A stretch of DNA of 55,059 nt, taken from the sequence record DRR723986_1873. One strand, 5' to 3'. This document shows positions 1 to 9,472 of the stretch, one piece after another; within the stretch, counting starts at the first letter, position 1; every line of letters begins with the position of its first letter. The position numbers were made by a program, and so were the translations under genes. Under the pieces are notes generated by a model, which was given only the letters and a program-made list of their open reading frames with translations, searched no databases and was not told where the DNA came from.

Positions 1-218
1 AGGGCGGCCAACGCCGCGGCGGGATCCGCACCTTCGTCCACCGCATCGTCCGCCTCGCGACAGAAGGCATACAGGGCGCAGGCCGACTCCCTGATCTGCG
101 CCGGCAACAGGTGCGACGCCGCGTAGAACGAGCGGGAGCCGCCGCACAGCAGGGCGCGGCAGGCCGCGAGATCGGTCCGCGGAGTGGGCAGGCCGGGACT
201 AGCCGACGAGACTGGCAT
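1..218 (-). CDS. crtB: Phytoene synthase, N-terminal part (runs off window start; not in ORF track)
   Basis: Manual translation from ATG at 218: MPVSSASPGLPTPRTDLAACRALLCGGSRSFYAASHLLPAQIRESACALYAFCREADDAVDEG. GSRSF and LYAFCRxxDDxxD are phytoene synthase motifs. Overlaps the crtI stop by 20 nt. Confidence 0.93.
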   Translation of the reverse strand, partial: MPVSSASPGLPTPRTDLAACRALLCGGSRSFYAASHLLPAQIRESACALYAFCREADDAVDEGADPAAALAA

Positions 219-1728
219 GGGGCACGACCTCGTCCAATACCTTGGCAGATGAGAGAACGCCGGGAATTCCTGCTCCCGGGTGAGTGCCGGCGCCGACGAT
301 ATACAGCCCCTCCACATCCTCACTGCGGTTATGGGGCCGGAACCAGGCGCTTTGCTCAATGCGCGGTTCGAAGCTGAACCCGGCTCCGCGGAAGGAACAG
401 AGACGATCCTGGAAATCCTGCGGGGTCAGCAGGCGGGAAGTGGCGATCCGTTCACCCAGGCCGGGCAGCACGGTTTCTTCCAGGCGTTGCTGGATGCGCA
501 AGCGGAACTGCTCCGCATAGGCCGGCCAATCGATATCGGCTTCCAGGTGTGGCACCGGCACCAGGGCGTAGAAGGCATCGCAACCCTCCGGCGCCATGGC
601 CGGATCAGTGGCCGTGGGGCGGTGCAGGTAGAGACTGAAATCCTCGGCCAGTATCTTGTTGCTGAAGATGTCATCCAGCAGGCCGCGGTAGCGCGGCCCG
701 AGCAGCACCGAGTGATGGGGTACATCCTCGTAGCGGCAGCTGGTACCGAAATACCAGACGAACAGCCCGTTGGAATACTTGGCCCGCTCGATGCGCTTGT
801 CGGTCCAGCGCTTACGCGCGCTGGCCGGCACCAGGTAACGATAGGTCCAGGCTGCGTCGGCGTTGGACACCACGACATCCGCCGCCAGGGTATCACCGCT
901 GGCCAGCCGCACCCCCTTCGCCGCCCCGTTCTCTACCAGGATTTCGCGCACCTCGCTGTTAAGACGCAGCTGACTGCCCTGGGACTCAAGCAGACCGACC
1001 ATGCCATCGACAATAGAGCCCGTGCCGCCCATGGCGGAATACACGCCCCAGGCCTGCTCAAGATAGGAAATCAAGGAGTAAATCGAGGTAACCGAAAACG
1101 GGTTACCGCCGATGAGCAGGGGATGAAAACTCATCACCATGCGCAGGCGCGGGTCGGATATGTAACGCGCAACCATCTTGTAGACGCTGCGATCGCTGCG
1201 CAGCCGCGCCAGTTGCGGCACGAACTTCAGCAGGTCGAAAAAGGTATCGAAAGGCCGGTGTCCAAGCCGCTCAAAGCCAACCTGGTAGCGCTGCTCACTG
1301 GCCTTGAGGTAGCGCAGGTAACCATCAACATCGGCGGGACAGAAGCGCGCGATCTGAGCCAGAACCTGCTCGCGATCGCCGTTGTAATCAAAAATCTCGC
1401 CGTCGTCGAAGCGAATCCGGAAAAACGGATCCATGGGCCGCAGGTCCACATCGTCCGCCAGTTCACGACCACACATCTGCCACAGCTCCTCGAGCAGAAA
1501 GGGCGCGGTGATGATGGTTGGGCCCGCATCGAAGGTGAACCCATCCTGGCGGTAGACATAGGCGCGCCCACCCGGGGCGTCGAGTTTTTCCAGCACCGTG
1601 ACCCGGTAGCCGCGGGCGCCCAGGCGAATCGCCGCCGCCAGGCCGCCGAAGCCACTGCCGATAACAATGGCGTGCGGAGCCGCCGACTGGGTTCCGGACA
1701 AACCGGCAACGGGCAAGATACTGTTCAC
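199..1728 (-). CDS. crtI: Phytoene desaturase
   Basis: FAD motif VIGSGFGGLAAA, GFTFDAGPTII, C-terminal VGAGTHPGAGIPGVLSSAK; directly upstream of crtB. GTG start is uncertain. Confidence 0.95.
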   Translation of the reverse strand: MNSILPVAGLSGTQSAAPHAIVIGSGFGGLAAAIRLGARGYRVTVLEKLDAPGGRAYVYRQDGFTFDAGPTIITAPFLLEELWQMCGRELADDVDLRPMDPFFRIRFDDGEIFDYNGDREQVLAQIARFCPADVDGYLRYLKASEQRYQVGFERLGHRPFDTFFDLLKFVPQLARLRSDRSVYKMVARYISDPRLRMVMSFHPLLIGGNPFSVTSIYSLISYLEQAWGVYSAMGGTGSIVDGMVGLLESQGSQLRLNSEVREILVENGAAKGVRLASGDTLAADVVVSNADAAWTYRYLVPASARKRWTDKRIERAKYSNGLFVWYFGTSCRYEDVPHHSVLLGPRYRGLLDDIFSNKILAEDFSLYLHRPTATDPAMAPEGCDAFYALVPVPHLEADIDWPAYAEQFRLRIQQRLEETVLPGLGERIATSRLLTPQDFQDRLCSFRGAGFSFEPRIEQSAWFRPHNRSEDVEGLYIVGAGTHPGAGIPGVLSSAKVLDEVVPHASLVG

Positions 1729-1764
1729 ATTAATTGACGCTAACTATGTCAAGATTGATTGACA
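1722..1764. promoter_or_regulatory. Tandem PpsR/CrtJ-type operator at crtI
   Basis: Perfect TGT-N12-ACA at 1747-1764 (TGTCAAGATTGATTGACA) and one-mismatch TGT-N12-ACG at 1722-1739, 7 bp apart, in an AT-rich patch at the crtI start. Confidence 0.85.
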
Positions 1765-1849
1765 ATATAGCAGCACCGGGCCCGCTTGCCCAGCACCGAC
1801 ACGCATTGGTGAATCACCGTGCCGGACCGCCGCGAACCGGCGGCAGCAG

Positions 1850-2746
1850 TCAGGTAGAGCCGACGGGCAGAACGCCTTGCTTTGCGGCGATATCGCGTAT
1901 CAGCCCGGCGAACAGCGCCGGATTTTCCTCGTGGCCAAGATGGCCCAGGTCCGGCAGTTCCTGCAGTTGGGCACCGGGAACCCGCCGGGCCAGACGGCGC
2001 GCCTGATCCGGCGCCACCGCCTGGTCATTGGCACAGGCCACAAGGTAGAGGCTGGGCTCCAGACGCGGCAGGTTGCGCTCCAGCGCCTCCAGGTCCCAGT
2101 TGGCCATCATTCTGAGGGTGCCGGCAACATGGTGCGGCGCCCGCACCAGAGCGCGGTAGCGGTCGACCGCCTGCTCACTGAGCTGTGACCCGGTCTGGCG
2201 AATCAGGCGCTCCACGGAACTGCGTCGAAAGCCCTGCAGGGCAACCATATAGGGCACCACCGAGGAGGAAGCCAGCATTCTTGCAGCGCCGGAAAACAGC
2301 GGCGCTGCCACCCGCCCGAAGGGCAGGAACGCGCCGTTGAGACTGATAATCGCACGCGGTCGGATCGCGCCTTCCAGGCTCAGGTAGGCCAGGATCGCAG
2401 CCCCGGCTGAATGGCCAACCACGAGATCCGGCGCCACCTCGAGCGCCTCCAGCAGGGCGTCCAGCGCAGCCGCCATACCGGGTAGCGAGGCACCTTCCGC
2501 GGGCACCAGATCAGTGAAACCGTGTCCCGGGAGGTCCGGCGCGATGACCCGGAAATCCCGGGCCAGCAGGGGCGCGAGTTCCGCCCAGGAGTGGGTGGCC
2601 GCGCCGGTGCCGTGGAGTAACAGCAGGACCGGCCCGGAGCCCATGTCCTGCACATGCCACTCGATACCGCCGGCGCTGACAAAGCGACTGGCATCGCGGT
2701 TGGGCCAGTCCAGGCCCGCCCGTTGCCAGCGACTGGAGGCGGTCAT
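1850..2746 (-). CDS. bchO: Magnesium chelatase accessory alpha/beta hydrolase BchO
   Basis: LLHGTGAATHSW, PDLPGHG, GHSAG nucleophile, GHLGHEE; immediately follows bchD with 1-nt overlap. Confidence 0.9.
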   Translation of the reverse strand: MTASSRWQRAGLDWPNRDASRFVSAGGIEWHVQDMGSGPVLLLLHGTGAATHSWAELAPLLARDFRVIAPDLPGHGFTDLVPAEGASLPGMAAALDALLEALEVAPDLVVGHSAGAAILAYLSLEGAIRPRAIISLNGAFLPFGRVAAPLFSGAARMLASSSVVPYMVALQGFRRSSVERLIRQTGSQLSEQAVDRYRALVRAPHHVAGTLRMMANWDLEALERNLPRLEPSLYLVACANDQAVAPDQARRLARRVPGAQLQELPDLGHLGHEENPALFAGLIRDIAAKQGVLPVGST

Positions 2747-4506
2747 CAGGCGCCGGCCTGGATGATGTCCCGCAGCGCCGCGGCGTCGGCATGCGGCAGG
2801 GGCAGGTAGTTCGCGCCCAGGGCGCGGGCCAGTTCTTCAGCGCTGCGATGCGGCCGCGGCGACGTGTCGATAACCATCCCCCGCACTGCCCGCGCCTTCA
2901 GGGCCGCCGCGCTCGCCAGGGCGTCCTGACCCGCCTGCTCGCGACCCGGGGTGCCGTCCCGGCTGATGTTCGCCCGGCCATCGGTCAGCAACACGTAGCA
3001 GGGCGTGCCACCGCGCCGCTCGACCTGGTCCGCCAGCATGTCGGTAATATCGAGCGCCGAGGCCAACGGGGTGCCGCCCCCGCCCGGCAAAGAGGTCAGG
3101 CTGCGCTTGGCCCGCACCAGTGAGCGGGTGGGCGGCAGCAGCATTTCCGCCGCGTCGCCGCGAAACGCCACCAGAGCGACCTGATCGCGGCGCACATAAC
3201 AGTCCGCCAGCAATAATTCGATGGCACCCTTGGCTTCCGCCAGCCGGTGCAGGGCCGAGGACCCCGAAGCGTCCACCACAAAGATGGTGGTACTTTCGGC
3301 CCGCTGGCGATAGCGGACCAGGCGAAAGTCCTCGCGGCGCACCGAGACCCGGGCGCCGCCCGCCGCGGCCGACTCATCGGCACGCAGCTTCTGCCAGGGC
3401 GCCGCAGCGCGCAGGGTGGCAACCAGGTTAAGACGCGCCCCGGAGCGGGGATCTCCGGGAATTACTCCCATCGGTCGCCCGCGCAGCTTGTGTCGCTGCA
3501 ACTCACCCGATTTGCCCTGGGTCTTCCCGCGCCTGATCGCGCGACCGCCCGCCTGGAGTTGCGCCAGTAGCCCTGGCGGCATCACCGCCAGGGTCGCCTC
3601 CAGCAACTGGTCCGGCAGGGCCTGGACCTCCGCGTCGCCCGGCGGCGGATCCGGCTCCGTCTCGCCCGGTTCCTCGGGCTCCGGTGGTGGTTCGGGCTCC
3701 CTTTCCTGCTCTGCAGGTTCCTCGTCCTGGGCCGGCAGGCGGGTGGCGCGATGTGCCAGGGCCAGACCAGTGGCATCGCGCATGTCCTGTTCGCCCACGT
3801 CACTCGCGCCCCGCAAAGCTGCCAGCACGCGCGCCAGGCGAACCGCAAGAATCAGGGCACGGGGCGAGTCGACCCCGAGCAGCAGCGCTGTTGCGCACAA
3901 GCCCTCCACCAGCTCCGGCGCACAGCTAAGTGCCGGGAGCCGTTGGCGGGCCGCGGCAATCGCGGCCGCATCAAACCGGGGGTCGTCCACATCGTGAATA
4001 CTGACCGCATGCAAGTCTGCCTGCAGGGTGAGGCGATCGGCGAGTGCAGGCGCAATAGCTTCATCCTCCGCGCCCTCGTCGAGGGCCACCACCGCAATCC
4101 GCGCGCTGGCGGTTCCCCGCAGGCCCTCGCGCTCGAGGCTGAGTTCGCCACGGTCCAGCGCCGTGCACAGGTGCGCAATCGTGGTCCGCGGCGCCCTCTC
4201 TGCCATCGCCAATAATGCGATACCACCGTCGATCTCTGCCAGCAGGCCGCTCTCGGCAACCGGCTTGCCGTGACGCAGGGTGGCCGCCAGGTCGATCCCA
4301 CCCAGCAGGCGGGACTCACTGATATGCAACGGTATGCGTCGCCACGGGGTATCCGGGGGCAGCAACTCCCGCAGCAGTTGCAACCAGGCATCACGCACCG
4401 GACCCGGCGCCGCGCGAAGGCTTACTCCACCGAGCTCAACCGGCGCTACCGCGAGCGCCGCCGCGGCCAGTTCGGCGCGATGCCAGCTCGCAGTGCCGTC
4501 ACTCAT
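2746..4506 (-). CDS. bchD: Magnesium chelatase subunit D
   Basis: AAA-like N-domain (RLLGGIDL), Pro/Glu-rich linker, VWA domain with VVDASGS MIDAS motif and LTDGRAN; overlaps the bchI stop. Confidence 0.95.
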   Translation of the reverse strand: MSDGTASWHRAELAAAALAVAPVELGGVSLRAAPGPVRDAWLQLLRELLPPDTPWRRIPLHISESRLLGGIDLAATLRHGKPVAESGLLAEIDGGIALLAMAERAPRTTIAHLCTALDRGELSLEREGLRGTASARIAVVALDEGAEDEAIAPALADRLTLQADLHAVSIHDVDDPRFDAAAIAAARQRLPALSCAPELVEGLCATALLLGVDSPRALILAVRLARVLAALRGASDVGEQDMRDATGLALAHRATRLPAQDEEPAEQEREPEPPPEPEEPGETEPDPPPGDAEVQALPDQLLEATLAVMPPGLLAQLQAGGRAIRRGKTQGKSGELQRHKLRGRPMGVIPGDPRSGARLNLVATLRAAAPWQKLRADESAAAGGARVSVRREDFRLVRYRQRAESTTIFVVDASGSSALHRLAEAKGAIELLLADCYVRRDQVALVAFRGDAAEMLLPPTRSLVRAKRSLTSLPGGGGTPLASALDITDMLADQVERRGGTPCYVLLTDGRANISRDGTPGREQAGQDALASAAALKARAVRGMVIDTSPRPHRSAEELARALGANYLPLPHADAAALRDIIQAGA

Positions 4507-5522
4507 TCGGCAAACAATTCCTCGAGCGCTCGTTCGATACGAACGCCGGAGCCGGATTCGTCGAGCGGATCGCGACGCAGACGATGCCGCAGGACCAGCG
4601 GTGCCACGGTACGCAAGTGATCCAGGTCGGTTACCGACTTGCCCTCAAGGGCCGCGAGCGCGCGCGCCGCGCGAATCAAGGTGAGCTCACCGCGCAGGCC
4701 GTCCGTTCCCAGGGCCATACATAAGCGCGCCGCAGACTCCAGCACCTCCGCCGGGGTATCAACGTCGTCGAGCAGCGCCCGAGCCGCTTCTATCTGACGC
4801 CGTATCTTGCCTTCCTTGCGCCGCCACTTCTTGACGAAACCTTCCCGGTCCCGCTCAAAGGCATCCCGGAGCTGGATGATCTCCACCCGGGTTTTCACAT
4901 CCTGGGGGGTCTGCACATCCACCGAGAGACCGAACCGGTCCAGCAACTGGGGGCGCAGCTCACCCTCCTCCGGGTTGCCACTGCCCACCAGCACGAACCG
5001 TGCCGGGTGGCGAATACTGAGTCCCTCGCGCTCGACAACATTTTCGCCAGACGCTGCAACATCCAGCAGCGAATCCACGATATGGTCTTCCAGGAGGTTG
5101 ACCTCGTCGATATACAGAAAGCCCCGGTGCGCCCGGGCTAACAGGCCGGGCTCAAATGCTTTTTCCCCGTGGTGTAGCGCCCGCTCCAAATCAAGGGCAC
5201 CTATCACCCGGTCCTCGGTCGCGCCCAGGGGCAGGTCCACCACCGGCAGCGGAACGGATTTTTCCCGACTGGCGTCTGGCGACTCACACTGGGCGCACAG
5301 CATTGGCCGCGGTTTGCCGGGATCACAATTGAAGGCGCAGCCACTGACTACCCGCATTGCGGGCAGCAGCGCGGCGAGCGCGCGAATGGCCGTTGACTTG
5401 CCGGTACCCCTGTCGCCGAAAACCAGCACCCCGCCCACGTCCTGGTCTACGGCGGCGATCATCAGTGCGCGCTTCATCTCATCCTGCGCCACGATCGCTG
5501 TGAAGGGGTACGCTATTGCCAT
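4503..5522 (-). CDS. bchI: Magnesium chelatase ATPase subunit I
   Basis: YPFTAIVAQ, Walker A GDRGTGKST, LYIDEVNLL, GSGNPEEGELRPQLLDRFG. Confidence 0.97.
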   Translation of the reverse strand: MAIAYPFTAIVAQDEMKRALMIAAVDQDVGGVLVFGDRGTGKSTAIRALAALLPAMRVVSGCAFNCDPGKPRPMLCAQCESPDASREKSVPLPVVDLPLGATEDRVIGALDLERALHHGEKAFEPGLLARAHRGFLYIDEVNLLEDHIVDSLLDVAASGENVVEREGLSIRHPARFVLVGSGNPEEGELRPQLLDRFGLSVDVQTPQDVKTRVEIIQLRDAFERDREGFVKKWRRKEGKIRRQIEAARALLDDVDTPAEVLESAARLCMALGTDGLRGELTLIRAARALAALEGKSVTDLDHLRTVAPLVLRHRLRRDPLDESGSGVRIERALEELFAE

Positions 5523-5713
5523 GCTGGAAAGACTCCCTGATTCCTGTTCAGCTGTTTCCGGTAGGCGGCTGCCCGGCTGACTCGATGCCGTTACGGGCCG
5601 CCCCGAACGCTACACCTTGTACTCGGTCTGCAGGGCAAACTCAAGTAAACCCGGGCCGGTGCGCTGTCGGCCAGCTCTGCTAAGATGCCTCAAATTCCCC
5701 GGCGGCCAATCGC

Positions 5714-6613
5714 ATGACAAGCACTGATCTGACGACATCGCTGAGCCCAGCCATCGACGCGGACATCGGCAGCATGGACGCCGGCGAGGCTGGCACCCTG
5801 CGCTACTACAGTGACCAACATGCGGGCGGACGCCCCCTGCTGTTGCTGCACAGTATTAACGCCGCGCCCAGCGCGATGGAGATGAAACCGCTATTTGAGC
5901 ACTACCGGAAAACCCGCACGGTTTTCGCACCGGACCTTCCTGGCTTCGGCCTGTCGAGCGGCGAGCGCCTGCACCACACCCCCGAGCTGTACGCCGACGT
6001 GATTCGCCGGTTCATCGATGAGCGCGTGGGTCCGGATGCGGACATCATTGCGCTGTCGCTGACATCCGAGTTTGCTGCACGGGCCGTTGGCACCGGCGCT
6101 GGAAGCTGTCGCAGCCTGACCGCGATTTCGCCGACCGGCCTGGGTGAACGCGAGCCTCCGGCAGCTACCACCAGCGATCGCTTGCGCAAGCTGTTTTCCA
6201 CGCCCGTACTGCCAGCCGGACTGTATCGTCTGCTCACCTCGAGGCGCAGCATTCGCTATTTTCTCGACAAGGCCTTCAGCAGCGACGCTCCCCGCGAACT
6301 GATAGATTACGCCTATGCCACCTCGCACCAGCCGGGCGCGCAGCACGCGCCGTTCGCGTTTCTGTCGACAGGGCTGTTTTCTCACAACGTGCGTACAAGC
6401 CTGTATGAGCCGCTGCGGGTACCGGCCCTGGTGCTGTATGACCGCGACCCGAACGTGAGCTTTGACCGGTTGCCGGCACTGTTGGCAGCAAACCCCGGCT
6501 GGCGCGCCGTGCGGATCTCACCGAGCCTCGGTTTACCGCATTGGGAGCAGCCGGAAGCCACCTTCGCAGCGCTGGACAACTTCTGGCGCGAGCTGGAGGC
6601 CAACCCGTCCTGA
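5714..6613 (+). CDS. Alpha/beta-fold hydrolase
   Basis: LLLHSINAA, APDLPGFGLS, atypical elbow ALSLTS, C-terminal LPHWEQP. Confidence 0.8.
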   Translation: MTSTDLTTSLSPAIDADIGSMDAGEAGTLRYYSDQHAGGRPLLLLHSINAAPSAMEMKPLFEHYRKTRTVFAPDLPGFGLSSGERLHHTPELYADVIRRFIDERVGPDADIIALSLTSEFAARAVGTGAGSCRSLTAISPTGLGEREPPAATTSDRLRKLFSTPVLPAGLYRLLTSRRSIRYFLDKAFSSDAPRELIDYAYATSHQPGAQHAPFAFLSTGLFSHNVRTSLYEPLRVPALVLYDRDPNVSFDRLPALLAANPGWRAVRISPSLGLPHWEQPEATFAALDNFWRELEANPS

Positions 6614-6636
6614 CCCGCGGTTAGGAGGACCACGAT

Positions 6637-7980
6637 ATGGATGATGCCAAGATGCCAGCAACAACGGCTCTCTCGACAGCGCCGAATCCCAGGCAGGAGC
6701 GAATCAGCCTGTCCAACGAGTGGCACGCCAGGCCCAACATCAGTCTGTCGCCGCCGTTCCGCTGCACGCATATCCTCAGCCTGCGGGACCGGGAAACCGA
6801 ACACGATGCCTGGCAGGAGATAAACCGCTTCTGCACCCAGCAGGGCCAGAGCGGGCCCGCTGCCGGCAGCCGCTACCACCTCACCGAAATCGGCTCCTGT
6901 CTGCTCAAGTGGGAAAGCCATACCGAGGCAACCAGCCACACCCTGCTTATCCCCGGCAACAGCCAGCCGCCCTTCGGCGAAACCGCTCTTGACCTGCTCG
7001 ACAGCGACAAGCGGGATCGCTTGCTGAAGGACATGTTCGTTGGCGTCCAGGTCGAAGTATTGCCGGACCCCGGCGACAGCGACCCCGGCGGTTACGAGCT
7101 GGCGCGCTCCGTGCTCGGATCGCAGAATATTTACGGTGGAGCGATGTCTGACGGCCAGGCGCCGGTGTGGTCAGCATTTCGGCTCGACGCCCACGGCTTC
7201 GTCCGCATCGTCATCATTGATAGCGGCATCAACGAACGTCGTCTGGCGCGGCTGCTGCAGCGCCTGCTCGATATGGAGTCCTATCGCATGCTGGCGATGC
7301 GGACCCTGCCAACGGCGCGCGAGGTGATGGGCATCATGCAGGAACTCGAGCCTCGCCTGCACCAGGTGATGCGCGAACTGGCGGAGAACAGTGATGATGC
7401 GGCGCGGGAAACCGCCCTGCACCAGATCACCGAGATCGCCGCCCGGGTCGAGCAGATTGCCGCATCCCACTCGTCACGCTTCGCCGGCGCCAGGGCATAC
7501 GCGAGTATCGTGGAGCGGCGCTCGGAGGAAGTACGCGAGGCCATCCTTGGCGGCCACCAGCGCTACACCAACTTCCTGATGCGCGCGCTGGCGCCAGCCA
7601 TGCGAACCTGTGACGCGGCAGAGAAACGGGTCGGGGAACTGGCCCAGCGGGTCGCACGCTCCGCCAACCTGCTGAGCACCATGGTCAACATCGAGCAGTC
7701 CCACCAGAGCCATGGCATTCTCAGCTCGCTGGCCAAGAGCTCCAGGCTGCAGGTCAGGCTGCAGCAGGCGGTGGAGGGCTTCTCCATTTTCGCCATCAGT
7801 TACTACGCGGTAGGCCTGATCAAGTATGCCCTGACGTCGGCCGAGGTCGCCGGCCTGCCGGTGGACAGCGACCTGCTGGCCGGCTTGTCCGCTCCCCTGA
7901 TTTTCGCCCTGGTCTACCTGTCGATTCGCTTTGTGCGCCGGCGCCTGGTGGAGCGGGCCGCCCGGGAAGCCGAACACTGA
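6637..7980 (+). CDS. DUF3422-like membrane-anchored protein
   Basis: NEWHARP, LKWESHTE, RLLQRLLDMESYRMLA and QVRLQQAVEGFS motifs, two C-terminal TM helices; AGGAGG RBS upstream. Confidence 0.75.
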   Translation: MDDAKMPATTALSTAPNPRQERISLSNEWHARPNISLSPPFRCTHILSLRDRETEHDAWQEINRFCTQQGQSGPAAGSRYHLTEIGSCLLKWESHTEATSHTLLIPGNSQPPFGETALDLLDSDKRDRLLKDMFVGVQVEVLPDPGDSDPGGYELARSVLGSQNIYGGAMSDGQAPVWSAFRLDAHGFVRIVIIDSGINERRLARLLQRLLDMESYRMLAMRTLPTAREVMGIMQELEPRLHQVMRELAENSDDAARETALHQITEIAARVEQIAASHSSRFAGARAYASIVERRSEEVREAILGGHQRYTNFLMRALAPAMRTCDAAEKRVGELAQRVARSANLLSTMVNIEQSHQSHGILSSLAKSSRLQVRLQQAVEGFSIFAISYYAVGLIKYALTSAEVAGLPVDSDLLAGLSAPLIFALVYLSIRFVRRRLVERAAREAEH

Positions 7981-7993
7981 TCGGGTAGCGCGC

Positions 7994-9472
7994 TCAGCGA
8001 TCCTCAAGCAGCGCGGCTGCGGCCAAACGCCCGGACTGGGTTGCCATCGGCACACCGGGACCGGGATGGACCGAGCCGCCGGCGAGGTATAGCCCGGCAA
8101 TACCACTGCGTGCACCGGGCCGCGCAAAGCTGGACAGCATACCGTGGGATGCCCGGCCATAGAGCGAACCACCGCTGCCCGGGAACAAGCCGGCGAAATC
8201 CGTCGGCGTGGTCGCCACGCAGGCCTGCTCACTGAACTCAAGCTGGACACCACAGCGGTCGAGCAAATCCAGCGCCCGGTGACGGATCTCCAACACCTGC
8301 TCCGGGGACCAGTCTCGCCGGTCACCGTCCGCCGGCGCATTAACCAGCATCAGCAGGCGCTCAGGGCCCGATGGCTCGACGCCGCCGACCCGGTCCTGTC
8401 CGCAGAGGTACACCGTGGGTTGGCGAACAATGTCACGCTGGCGGAAGATCGTGTTGAATTCATCCGGGTAGTTACGATCAAAAAATACATTGTGATAGTG
8501 CAGGGGCAAACCCCGGGTTCGCGCCAGCAGACACCAGGTAAGTGCGGACAGCCCGCGTTGCGCCGGTCGAATAGCCGGCGCTACAGTTCGCACCCCGGCA
8601 CCAAGCAAGCCGGCGCCGAGGGCTGAAGTGTCGCCATTGAAGACCACGGCGTCGGCGGTAAGTGACTCGCCACCTGCCAGACGCACGCCGCTGACCGAGC
8701 CATCGCGAACCAGGATTTCCTCCACACCGGCGGCAAAACGGAAACAGGCGCCGTGGTGTTCCGCCAGGCGCTGCATCGCACCGGCCAGCGCACGCATGCC
8801 GCCCTCCACCAGCCACACGCCGTCCTGCTCAACGTGGGCAATGAGCATCAGGGTGGCAGGCGCGCGCAGCGGCGAGGAACCGACGTAGGTGGCATAGCGC
8901 GCGAACAACTGGCGCAGGCGCGGATCCTCGAAATGCTGGTCGAGCGCGCGCCACAGGCTCTGGAAAGGCGCGGTGCGCCACATCGCGTCGAGGCGGCGCC
9001 ACCCCACCCGTCCGACCAGCTCCACCGGACCCGGACGCTGGTCAGCAATAAAACTGTCTCGCAAGGTGTTGAAGATGTCCCTGCTGCGATCACAGAACGC
9101 GCGGTATCCCTCCGCATCCCTCGCCCCGGCAAAGTCGCTGATGGCCGCGCAGGACGCATCGATATCGCTGTGCAGGTCCAGCACCCCACCGCCGGTCCAG
9201 GCGTGGCGGGCAAGAATGTCCGCGGGCACCAGCCTCACGGCGTCACCCAGAACCGCTCCCGCATCGGCGAACAGTTGCTCGAATATCCAGCGCATGGTGA
9301 ATACGGTAGGGCCGGCATCCACCCCCTGGCCGGTGACGGGCACCTGGCGCATCTTGCCGCCGGGTTCCGCCGCTCGCTCGAGCACGGTCACCGCATGTCC
9401 CGCCCTGGCCAGGTCGATTGCCGCGGCAAGGCCGCCGGCACCGGCGCCCACGACAATGACCTTGTTACGCAT
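7994..9472 (-). CDS. crtD: 1-hydroxycarotenoid 3,4-desaturase
   Basis: Likely start MRNKVIVVGAGAGGLAAA at ATG 9472 (TGATG overlap with the upstream gene); DAGPTVFTM, RYATYVGSSP, GGSVHPGPGVPMA. The ORF-track extension to 9802 overlaps the upstream gene. Confidence 0.88.
   Translation of the reverse strand: MRNKVIVVGAGAGGLAAAIDLARAGHAVTVLERAAEPGGKMRQVPVTGQGVDAGPTVFTMRWIFEQLFADAGAVLGDAVRLVPADILARHAWTGGGVLDLHSDIDASCAAISDFAGARDAEGYRAFCDRSRDIFNTLRDSFIADQRPGPVELVGRVGWRRLDAMWRTAPFQSLWRALDQHFEDPRLRQLFARYATYVGSSPLRAPATLMLIAHVEQDGVWLVEGGMRALAGAMQRLAEHHGACFRFAAGVEEILVRDGSVSGVRLAGGESLTADAVVFNGDTSALGAGLLGAGVRTVAPAIRPAQRGLSALTWCLLARTRGLPLHYHNVFFDRNYPDEFNTIFRQRDIVRQPTVYLCGQDRVGGVEPSGPERLLMLVNAPADGDRRDWSPEQVLEIRHRALDLLDRCGVQLEFSEQACVATTPTDFAGLFPGSGGSLYGRASHGMLSSFARPGARSGIAGLYLAGGSVHPGPGVPMATQSGRLAAAALLEDR

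Noticed and set aside
280-1737. 485 aa plus-strand ORF
   Set aside because: Antisense shadow of crtI with no recognisable motifs; expected from high-GC codon bias.
5523-5713. PpsR site upstream of bchI
   Set aside because: No TGT-N12-ACA found by eye in this intergenic region.
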